NCBI GenBank assembly: GCA_905211265.1
Contig: CAJMAC010000007.1
Coordinates: forward strand, 905-64,904
Length of the DNA stretch: 64,000 bases
From: an uncultured Eubacteriales bacterium
GTDB taxonomy: Bacteria > Bacillota_I > Bacilli_A > RF39 > UBA660
Reading direction: 5' to 3'
Position numbers and translations under genes: made by a program. Under the pieces are notes generated by a model, which did no database searches, was not told the DNA's origin, and saw only the letters and a program-made list of their open reading frames with translations. Numbering within the stretch: position 1 is the first letter of the stretch; each line of letters begins with the position of its first letter. Positions 43,663-51,941 of the stretch are shown piece after piece.

Positions 43663-46329
43663 ATGAATCCAAGAAAAGAAATGATAATAATAGATAATGA
43701 AATATCAACATCTAAAATATCATATTGTAAATATGATTCAAATGCTTATAAATATTATATAAAATATAAAAATAATGCTACTATTTATAAATATCAAAAT
43801 AGTAGAGTAAAATATATAACTTATAGTGAAAAGATAGATTTAACAAAGTATAGTTTTTTTATAAACCAAGTAAAACTAAAATATATAAAAGAAGCATATG
43901 AGTTTACTTATAATAATTATTATTACTATCATATAATTTTTGATAATAATAAACTTGGAGAATATACAGATAATCAAATAAGGAAAATAAATAATAATAA
44001 AGATGTAATAGAATATATGAAAGAAGTATCAAATATAACTTCTATTAGTACTGAAGATGGAAATAAAATATTATGTAATCAAATAAAGAAAGTAGAAGTA
44101 GATAGTCTAGAAACAGCATTAGCAAACTATTTAAAATTATCAAATAATGTAATAAGAAGTAATAATATAAATTTTCTTATTTTTCCATTTGGTTGTAATT
44201 CTAGTCAATATAAAGCAGTAGAAAATGCTATAAATAATAAAGTGAGTGTAATTGAAGGACCTCCAGGAACAGGTAAAACTCAAACAATATTAAATATTAT
44301 AGCAAACATATTAATTAGAAATATGAATTGTCAGGTAGTATCAAATAATAATGCTGCCATAGAAAATATTGAAGAAAAACTAAAAAAATACAACTTAGAT
44401 TTCTTTGAAGCACTTCTTGGAAAAAGTGTTAATAAAAATACTTTTATAGAAAATCAAAAAGTTAATATACCATTATTTAAAGAGTATGATGATATAAATA
44501 TTGAAGAAATATCTAATGTAATAAAGAAAAATAATTGTATAGTAAAACAGGTATATAATAGTAGGAAAGAAATTGCTATTTTAAGAGAAAAGAAAAATAA
44601 TTTAACATTAGAATATAAATATTTTAAAGAATATATTAAAAATCAGGATAATAATATTATAAAATTAACTAGAATAAATAGAAATAATTTACAAAAATTA
44701 TGGAATGAATTAACAAACACAAATATAAATAAAATAAATTTATTAAATAAATTAAAATATATATTTATATATAAAATAGGAAACTTTAATTTTTACAAAA
44801 ATGACATAGAAATAATAATTAATACTATACAAGATAATTTATATGAAAACGAAATAAAAAAATTAGATGAACTTATAGAAAAAGAACAGTCTTTTGTAGA
44901 AGAAAATAAAGAAATAGAAAAAGAGTTTATAAATTATTCAATGACATATCTAAAAAAATATTTATCTTTAAAATATAAAAGTTTAAGAAAAGAATACACT
45001 TATCAAGAAATAAAGAAAGATAGTAATAATTTTATAAAAGACTATCCAGTTATTTTAAGTACAACATACTCATCTAGAAATACATTTAATAAAGATTTTA
45101 AGTTTGACTATATAATAATGGATGAATCAAGCCAAATAGATGTAGTAACAGGATTACTAGCATTATCATCTGCTAAATATGCTGTTGTAATTGGAGATGA
45201 AAAACAACTACCAAATGTAGTACCAGATATAATTAAAGATAAAACAGATAAAATATTCAATGAATACAATATAGATAATGGTTATAGTTATTCATTAAAT
45301 AGTTTTTTAAGTAGTATAAAAAATATTATTCCAGAGGTACCAAAAATAATGTTAAAAGAACATTATAGATGCCATCCTAAAATAATAAACTTTTGTAACA
45401 AGAAATTTTATAATAATGAATTAGTAATAATGACTGAAGATAAAAATGAACAAGATGTAATAAAAGTAATAAAAACAAATAAAGGAAATCACAAAAGAGA
45501 TAATGCTAATCAAAGACAATTAGATATAATAAAAGATATCTTACCAGAATTAAAAAGTAATGATATAGGCATAATAGCACCATATAATGCTCAAATAAAT
45601 TTAATAAAACAAAATATAAAAGAAATAGAAGTAAGTACAGTACACAAGTTTCAAGGTAGAGAAAAAGACATAATAATAATATCAACAGTAGATGATGAAA
45701 TAACTGACTTTGTAGCAAATTCTAATATATTAAATGTAGCTATATCTAGGGCTAAGAAAAAGTTAATATTTATAGTAACGGGTAATGAAATAAAAAATCA
45801 AAACATTAAAGATTTTATAGATTATACTAAATATGTAAATATGGAAATAGAAGAAAGTAATGTATATTCAGTATTCGATCTATTATATAAACAATATGAA
45901 AAAGAAAGATTAGAATATTTTAAGAAACATAAAAGAATATCAAAATATGACTCAGAAAATATTATGTATAATTTACTAAACAAAGTATTAGAAGATTACA
46001 ACAATCTAGATTTTATTTTTAGATATCAATTAAATAAATTAATAAAAGATAAAACATTATTAACAGAAGAAGAGAAAAAATATGCATCACATCCTAATAC
46101 TCATGTAGATTTCTTAATATATAATAAGATAAGTAAAATACCATTATTAGTAGTAGAAGTAGATGGATATAAATACCATAAAGAAGGAAATAGACAAAAG
46201 GAAAGAGATGTATTAAAGAATAATATTTTATCTAAATATAATATACCTTTAATAAGATTAGCTACTAATGGTAGTAAAGAAGAAAGTATTATAAGAAATA
46301 AATTAGATGAGATAGTTAGTGATAAATAA
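43663..46329 (+). CDS. SF1 (AAA_11/AAA_12, Upf1/Dna2-like) helicase fused to C-terminal Vsr/DUF559-like PD-(D/E)xK nuclease
   Basis: Track start is 43648. GGAGG precedes the ATG at 43663. GPPGTGKT, IIMDESSQ, LKEHYRCHPKII, VHKFQGREKDIIIIS. C-terminal HVDFLIYNK...LLVVEVDGYKYH...ERDVLKNNILSKYNIPLIRL. Confidence 0.85.
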   Translation: MNPRKEMIIIDNEISTSKISYCKYDSNAYKYYIKYKNNATIYKYQNSRVKYITYSEKIDLTKYSFFINQVKLKYIKEAYEFTYNNYYYYHIIFDNNKLGEYTDNQIRKINNNKDVIEYMKEVSNITSISTEDGNKILCNQIKKVEVDSLETALANYLKLSNNVIRSNNINFLIFPFGCNSSQYKAVENAINNKVSVIEGPPGTGKTQTILNIIANILIRNMNCQVVSNNNAAIENIEEKLKKYNLDFFEALLGKSVNKNTFIENQKVNIPLFKEYDDINIEEISNVIKKNNCIVKQVYNSRKEIAILREKKNNLTLEYKYFKEYIKNQDNNIIKLTRINRNNLQKLWNELTNTNINKINLLNKLKYIFIYKIGNFNFYKNDIEIIINTIQDNLYENEIKKLDELIEKEQSFVEENKEIEKEFINYSMTYLKKYLSLKYKSLRKEYTYQEIKKDSNNFIKDYPVILSTTYSSRNTFNKDFKFDYIIMDESSQIDVVTGLLALSSAKYAVVIGDEKQLPNVVPDIIKDKTDKIFNEYNIDNGYSYSLNSFLSSIKNIIPEVPKIMLKEHYRCHPKIINFCNKKFYNNELVIMTEDKNEQDVIKVIKTNKGNHKRDNANQRQLDIIKDILPELKSNDIGIIAPYNAQINLIKQNIKEIEVSTVHKFQGREKDIIIISTVDDEITDFVANSNILNVAISRAKKKLIFIVTGNEIKNQNIKDFIDYTKYVNMEIEESNVYSVFDLLYKQYEKERLEYFKKHKRISKYDSENIMYNLLNKVLEDYNNLDFIFRYQLNKLIKDKTLLTEEEKKYASHPNTHVDFLIYNKISKIPLLVVEVDGYKYHKEGNRQKERDVLKNNILSKYNIPLIRLATNGSKEESIIRNKLDEIVSDK

Positions 46330-46344
46330 TTATATATATTTTAT

Positions 46345-46465
46345 TATGCTCACTATAAGCCTTACTATGTAAGTCTTATTAGTGTTGTTATTAGACCTTA
46401 GGCTAATAACAATATGCTCATTGCATCTATTATATATAAGCAATAACTATATACTAATATTATTT
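46345..46465 (+). repeat. Repeat unit F (diverged homologue of units A-C)
   Basis: CACTATAAGCCTTACtatGTAAGTCTTATTAGTG and TTGTTATTAGaccttaggCTAATAACAA hairpins, with a ...AAGCAATAACTATATACTAATATTATTTT tail. Same element order as units A-C but a different stem sequence. Confidence 0.6.
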
Positions 46466-46739
46466 TAGTATGGAGAAATTCGTCTAAATTTGTTGACTAA
46501 ATGAAAATAAATAGTGGTTATAATACTTCTTTCACCTATAATTATAATAGTATATATTAAAAAGAAGAAAAAAGATAAATGAAATATAATTATATCTATT
46601 ATTTACAATACTTGGAATAAATGTAAAAGGGTACATAAAAATGATAATTAACGAAATAGTTAACATTAATTGTCAACTGCGTCACAAATAAATATAAATT
46701 AATGACTTTATATTAAATTATTGATATAATTAGATTGAG

Positions 46740-47165
46740 GTGGTTACCATTAAAACATTATTATATATATTATTTTTTCCTCTTATATTTGTTTGGTATA
46801 TCTTTAAGATAGGGGCTATTATGTTTTATTATATTTTTATTTTGATGATAGATATTGCCAAATTAGTCTGCTATTTTATAATTTGGTTATTTCAAGTAAT
46901 ATATAATATTTTTAGTAAAAAGAAAATGCATATTAATTTTCCAGAGTCATCTTTTAAGAAAACAAATGTTAAATCAAATAAAATAGTAAAAAGAAATTAT
47001 AAAGATGAAGAATTTGATAAAGAAGCAGAATTATGGGGATTATCAGAAGAGGATAAAAAAATGGCAAAAGAAGAAAGAATGAGTCCGGCAGATTTCATTG
47101 AAGCAGAAGAACGAGATGATGATGAACTTATTACTGATGAATGGGAAGAAGATAAGTATAAATAA
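46740..47165 (+). CDS. Small 2-TM protein with acidic C-terminal tail (architecture twin of 43151..43513)
   Basis: GTG start after GAGGTGG. Two TM helices, then DEEFDKEAELWGLSEEDKK...EERDDDELITDEWEEDKYK. Confidence 0.5.
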   Translation: MVTIKTLLYILFFPLIFVWYIFKIGAIMFYYIFILMIDIAKLVCYFIIWLFQVIYNIFSKKKMHINFPESSFKKTNVKSNKIVKRNYKDEEFDKEAELWGLSEEDKKMAKEERMSPADFIEAEERDDDELITDEWEEDKYK

Positions 47166-47397
47166 CAGTTAAATAAGACATCTGAGTAATAATTATATAC
47201 TAAATATTTTAATAATTAAAGTCTATTATTTTTATTAAATATATAGTAAAATTAATAGTAAAAAGACTAGATAGCAAATAAAAATTTACTTATCTAGTCT
47301 GAACTGTAACAATTTCTAGTACGAATTAGTCGTAAAATATCGAAATTTGTCAAATTGTATGATATAATTTTATATGAGAGATAACAATATTTAGTGG

Positions 47398-48474
47398 GTG
47401 ATGAAGATGAATAAACTGTTCATAGATACAAACATTTTTGAATCCAAAGGATTTAATTTTGATCAAAGAAATATTTTGATAAAATTATTAATTGAAAATG
47501 CAAAAAACAAAAATTATGAGTATTATAATTTATCAGTTATTGATAAAGAAATTATTTCACACATAACTGACCGTTGCAATTCAAGAAAAAAAGAGCTTAT
47601 TGGGAAGTTTAAATGGATAAAACATTATGTTAAAGAGAAAGATATAGATGCGAATTGCAATAAAGAATTAATTGATTATGAAAACTTTAAAAAAAATATA
47701 TTGGCTGTAAATTGTAGTATTGAAAAAATAAATCCTGAGAAGGTCTTTAACAAGTATTTCAAAGTAGAATTGCCTTTTGAATTAAAAAAAGAAAAGAAAA
47801 ATGGTTTTCCTGATGCCTTTATATCTGAATATTTAAATGATCTATCTAAGAAAGATGATAACAAAATTTATTTTATAAGTAATGATGATGGATTAGTACT
47901 GTCATTAGACAAGTCCATTATGACATTTAAAAATATAACTAGCTTTTTTAGTGAAATTAATAGTGGTGATTCAGAAAAAGTCAAACAATTTGCTCGCGAA
48001 ATTATCACTGCAAAATTAACTGAAATAAGTTCTCATGTTTTAGGATTAGGAGAATTTAATACTGTTGGTTTAGAAGATGAAGAAATAGATCCAGAAAGTA
48101 TTCAATTAAGTGATGATTATCATTTAGAAATATTAGAGTCAAACAATGATGAATTATATGTGAATTGTACATTTAAGAAAGTAGAACTAATAGGAAGTTT
48201 TAGTTGCCTAGATTATGAAAATTCTTATTGGCCAAATGATGAAGATTATTATACTTATATCGAATATTTTAAAACCAATAAAATTGAATATGAAAATTAT
48301 GAAGTTAATTTGAAAATATATAATGAAAATGATAATTACAAAATTGAATATGACAATTTGTATAGTTTTAGTATTAGTTATGAAAATATTAAAGAAAATG
48401 CTGTAGAACATCTTAGTCCATTTGACGATTATGATGGTGAAGATAGTTGGTCTCAAGATGATTATATGAGATAA
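47398..48474 (+). CDS. PIN-like (DUF4935-type) domain protein
   Basis: N-terminal LFIDTNIFESKGFNF...SVIDKEIISHI pattern and a later FISNDDG acidic motif. The C-terminal half is unknown. Assignment made from memory of the family pattern. Confidence 0.5.
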   Translation: MMKMNKLFIDTNIFESKGFNFDQRNILIKLLIENAKNKNYEYYNLSVIDKEIISHITDRCNSRKKELIGKFKWIKHYVKEKDIDANCNKELIDYENFKKNILAVNCSIEKINPEKVFNKYFKVELPFELKKEKKNGFPDAFISEYLNDLSKKDDNKIYFISNDDGLVLSLDKSIMTFKNITSFFSEINSGDSEKVKQFAREIITAKLTEISSHVLGLGEFNTVGLEDEEIDPESIQLSDDYHLEILESNNDELYVNCTFKKVELIGSFSCLDYENSYWPNDEDYYTYIEYFKTNKIEYENYEVNLKIYNENDNYKIEYDNLYSFSISYENIKENAVEHLSPFDDYDGEDSWSQDDYMR

Positions 48475-48486
48475 GGAGTAAATAAT

Positions 48487-50055
48487 ATGAATAATAAAAA
48501 AGAAAAAGAAAGAGAAGAATTACATAAAACAATTTGGAAAATAGCAAATGAATTAAGAGGTTCAGTAGATGGATGGGATTTTAAACAATATGTATTAGGT
48601 CTATTATTTTATAGATTTATTTCAGAAAATATAGAAAATTATGTTAATGAAAATCAAAGAAAAGCAGGTATTGAAAATTTTCAATATAGAAATATTTCTG
48701 ATGAAGAAGCATTACTTGGAAAATCACAAATACTTGATGAAAAAGGCTTCTTTATTCTTCCAAGTGAATTATTCTGCAACGTTAGAAAAAATGCCGATAA
48801 AAATGAAAATTTAAATGTAGTAATTTCTAATATATTTAATAATATTGAATCATCAGCAAGGGGAACCGCATCAGAGAATGACGTAAAAGGTTTATTTGAT
48901 GATTTTACAATAGATAATAAATTGGGTAATACAGTTGATGAAAGAAACGAAAAACTTGTTAAATTATTAAATGCAATAGGAGAGTTGAATTTCGGAGATT
49001 ATGAAGAAAATAAGATAGATTTATTTGGAGATGCTTATGAATTTTTGATGACAATGTATGCATCATCAGCAGGTAAATCAGGAGGGGAATTCTTTACTCC
49101 ACAAGAAGTTGGTGAATTACTTGCAAGAATAGTAATAATGGATAAAACATCTGTTAATAAAGTTTATGATCCGGCATGTGGATCAGGTGGTTTACTTTTA
49201 AAATTTGCTAAGATATTAGGAAAAGAAAATGTAAGAGAGGGATTCTTTGGCCAAGAGATAAACCTTACTACTTATAACTTAGCTAGAATCAATATGTTCT
49301 TACACAATATTAATTACAATAACTTTAGTATTGAAAGAGGGGATACATTAATTCATCCAGTTCATTGGAATGATGAACCATTCGATGCGATTGTATCTAA
49401 TCCACCATATTCAATTAAATGGGCAGGTAAATCTAATCCGATATTAATAAATGATGAAAGATTTGCTCCAGCAGGTGTGTTAGCACCAGAATCTAAAGCG
49501 GATTTAGCATTTACTATGCATATGTTATCATGGTTATCGCCTAAAGGAACTGCAGCTATAGTTGAGTTTCCTGGTGTACTTTACAGAGGAGGAGCAGAAC
49601 AAAAGATTAGAAAGTACATGATTGATAACAACTTTGTTGATACTGTTATTCAATTACCTTCTGATTTATTCTTTGGTACATCAATAGCTACTTGTATATT
49701 AGTATTAAAGAAAAATAAATTAGATAATAATATATTATTTGTAGATGCATCTAATGAATTTATTAGAAATACTAATAAAAATAAATTATCAGAAGAAAAC
49801 ATTAATAATATAATTAGTTTATTAAAAGATAGAAAATCAGTTGAAAATAAATCCTATTTAGCTACATATGAAGAAATCAAAGATAATGATTATAATATAT
49901 CAGTTAATTCTTACTTAAGAGCAAATATTGAAGATAAAAAAATAGATATAAATGAAGTAAATAGAAAACTTGCTGAAATTGTGCCTAGCCAACAACGAAT
50001 TAGAGAAGAATTAGAAGAGATAATTAAAGAACTTGAGGTTGATTATCATGAGTAA
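48487..50055 (+). CDS. hsdM: Type I R-M system methyltransferase subunit
   Basis: HsdM_N (LWKIANELRGS..DFKQYVLGLLFYRFISE), DPACGSGGLL, SNPPYSIKW. Confidence 0.95.
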   Translation: MNNKKEKEREELHKTIWKIANELRGSVDGWDFKQYVLGLLFYRFISENIENYVNENQRKAGIENFQYRNISDEEALLGKSQILDEKGFFILPSELFCNVRKNADKNENLNVVISNIFNNIESSARGTASENDVKGLFDDFTIDNKLGNTVDERNEKLVKLLNAIGELNFGDYEENKIDLFGDAYEFLMTMYASSAGKSGGEFFTPQEVGELLARIVIMDKTSVNKVYDPACGSGGLLLKFAKILGKENVREGFFGQEINLTTYNLARINMFLHNINYNNFSIERGDTLIHPVHWNDEPFDAIVSNPPYSIKWAGKSNPILINDERFAPAGVLAPESKADLAFTMHMLSWLSPKGTAAIVEFPGVLYRGGAEQKIRKYMIDNNFVDTVIQLPSDLFFGTSIATCILVLKKNKLDNNILFVDASNEFIRNTNKNKLSEENINNIISLLKDRKSVENKSYLATYEEIKDNDYNISVNSYLRANIEDKKIDINEVNRKLAEIVPSQQRIREELEEIIKELEVDYHE

Positions 50056-51259
50056 ACTAAATGATTTAATAAAAGAAATGTGTCCTAACGGGGTTGAATA
50101 TAAAAAAATATGTGATGTATGTAATGTTGTCGGTAGAATAGGTTTCAGAGGATATAAAAGAGAAGATCAAGTGGAAAAAGGGAATGGTGCTATATCTTTA
50201 AGTCCTTCGAATATTATAAATGGAAAAATTAACTATAATGAATGTACTTATATTAGTTGGGATAAATATAATGAATCACCAGAAATAATGGTAAATGAGG
50301 GAGATGTTATTTTTTGTAAAACAGCATCTGTTGGAAAAACTTGTTATATTGAAAATATGCCTGAAAAAACTACTATTAATCCACAGTTAATTTTATTAAA
50401 AAACATTTCTATTAACTCCAAATATTTATCTTATTGTTTGAAAACTAAAAATTTTCAAATAAAAGCCAATTCAATTAAAGGACTTGGAACAATTCCTACT
50501 TTGTCACAAAAAGATTTTAATGAATTAACCGTACCAGTACCACCATTAGAAGTGCAAGAAGAAATAGTTCGAATTCTTGATAAATTTGGCAAGCTAGAAG
50601 CGGAACTAGAAGCGGAGCTAGAAGCGGAGCTAGAAGTGAGAAAAAGTCAATACGAGTTTTGGCGTGGCAAACTATTGAATAAAAAGAATAATAACTATAA
50701 AAAGTATAATATAACTGAAATATGTAAAAGCATTTCTGCTGGCGGTGATGTTCCAGAAGATACAATTAAAGGCATTTTTAAACCTCAAGATGAGTATAAA
50801 TATCCAGTTATATCAAATGGCGTAGGAGATAATGCTATATATGGATATAGTAAAAATTATAGAGTAGATGTACAATCATGCGTAACTATAGCTGCTAGAG
50901 GCACAATAGGTTATCATGAAGTAAGATATGGTAAATTTACTCCAATAATTCGTTTGATAACTCTTATTCCGGATGAAAAAATAGTTTCTGCTAAATATTT
51001 ACATTATGCATTGTATGGACATGAATTTAAAACATCGGGAGGTAGCATTCCTCAATTGACAACTCCAACAGTTAAGCAGCTTGATTTAATAATTCCTCCA
51101 ATAGAAGAACAGAATCGCATAGTTAGTATATTAGATAAGTTTAATGCGCTGGTTAACGATATAGTTGTAGGCATTCAAGCTGAGATTGAATTAAGAAGAA
51201 AACAATATGAGTATTATAAAAATAAATTATTAAGTTTTGAGGAATATACTAATGAATAA
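50048..51259 (+). CDS. hsdS: Type I R-M system specificity subunit
   Basis: The ATG at 50048 overlaps the hsdM stop (ATGAGTAA). Two TRDs separated by a central helix LPPLEVQEEIVRILDKFGKLEAELEAELEAELEVRKSQYEFWRGKLL, plus the distal helix PPIEEQNRIVSILDKF...ELRRKQYEYYKNKLL. Confidence 0.9.
   Translation: MSKLNDLIKEMCPNGVEYKKICDVCNVVGRIGFRGYKREDQVEKGNGAISLSPSNIINGKINYNECTYISWDKYNESPEIMVNEGDVIFCKTASVGKTCYIENMPEKTTINPQLILLKNISINSKYLSYCLKTKNFQIKANSIKGLGTIPTLSQKDFNELTVPVPPLEVQEEIVRILDKFGKLEAELEAELEAELEVRKSQYEFWRGKLLNKKNNNYKKYNITEICKSISAGGDVPEDTIKGIFKPQDEYKYPVISNGVGDNAIYGYSKNYRVDVQSCVTIAARGTIGYHEVRYGKFTPIIRLITLIPDEKIVSAKYLHYALYGHEFKTSGGSIPQLTTPTVKQLDLIIPPIEEQNRIVSILDKFNALVNDIVVGIQAEIELRRKQYEYYKNKLLSFEEYTNE
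50594..50637 (+). repeat. Tandem 12-nt repeat (CTAGAAGCGGAR x3 plus partial) encoding (LEAE)3LE in the HsdS central helix
   Basis: CTAGAAGCGGAA, CTAGAAGCGGAG, CTAGAAGCGGAG, CTAGAAGTGAG. Confidence 0.85.
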
Positions 51260-51941
51260 AACAGTTGATTTAAATGATTTAGAGTCGTATCCAGAAGAAT
51301 TCTTGAAGTTTGTTAAAACTAATTTTGATAAATTGAAAAATTCATTCATAAGTAAAGAAATTAAAATTAGTGATGGATCAGGTTTATTTGATTTTTTAAA
51401 CCAAATGATGAAAGATTATTATTTTAAATGCATTCATGCCAGTAGAACTTATAATAAAGAATTATTTTATGAAAAAGGTTTATTTGTCTCAAACAGTTCG
51501 GATGAAATTATCGACATATTATTAGAACCAACAAAAGAAATTTTAAGTAATAATTATGTTGCAATATATGAAAAAGTAAAAAATCAGTTAAAAGATGATA
51601 AGTATAAGTCCATTCATTTTGTAATTGGTGATATTGATGATATTACTATTAAAAATGGATTTTGGATGTTAAATAATTATGGTGGTGAACTATTACCTGA
51701 TGTGTTAGGATATGATAATCCAATTTATAAAAAAATATCATTATTAGGAATTCCAGTTGCGGTTATTTTTAGAATAAAATTCAGCAATATTAATGACTAT
51801 ACTTTATCAGAAATCTATTCATTTATGTTGAATAAAGCAATGAAAGATAAAGATGCACATTTATTTAAAGCAACATATGTTTTTGAAGATATTCCTAAGG
51901 AAGATATTATTGAAGTAAAGGAGTTAAAAAAATATGAGTAG
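51252..51941 (+). CDS. Unknown 229-aa protein embedded between hsdS and hsdR
   Basis: Its ATG overlaps the hsdS stop (ATGAATAA) and its stop overlaps the hsdR start (ATGAGTAG). No recognisable motif. Confidence 0.6.
   Translation: MNKTVDLNDLESYPEEFLKFVKTNFDKLKNSFISKEIKISDGSGLFDFLNQMMKDYYFKCIHASRTYNKELFYEKGLFVSNSSDEIIDILLEPTKEILSNNYVAIYEKVKNQLKDDKYKSIHFVIGDIDDITIKNGFWMLNNYGGELLPDVLGYDNPIYKKISLLGIPVAVIFRIKFSNINDYTLSEIYSFMLNKAMKDKDAHLFKATYVFEDIPKEDIIEVKELKKYE

Noticed and set aside
37222-46465. Canonical integron with attC sites.
   Set aside because: No IntI-type integrase or attI/Pc arrangement is present. The hairpins read GTTAGAT...ATCTAAT, which is not the R''(RYYYAAC)...R'(GTTRRRY) order of attC. 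The analogy is kept only as a concept in the findings.
50594-50637. A CRISPR-like or other spaced repeat array. The rest of the window was also checked for CRISPR arrays.
   Set aside because: The repeat is a contiguous in-frame 12-nt tandem inside hsdS, with no spacers. No repeat-spacer array or cas gene was seen anywhere in the window.
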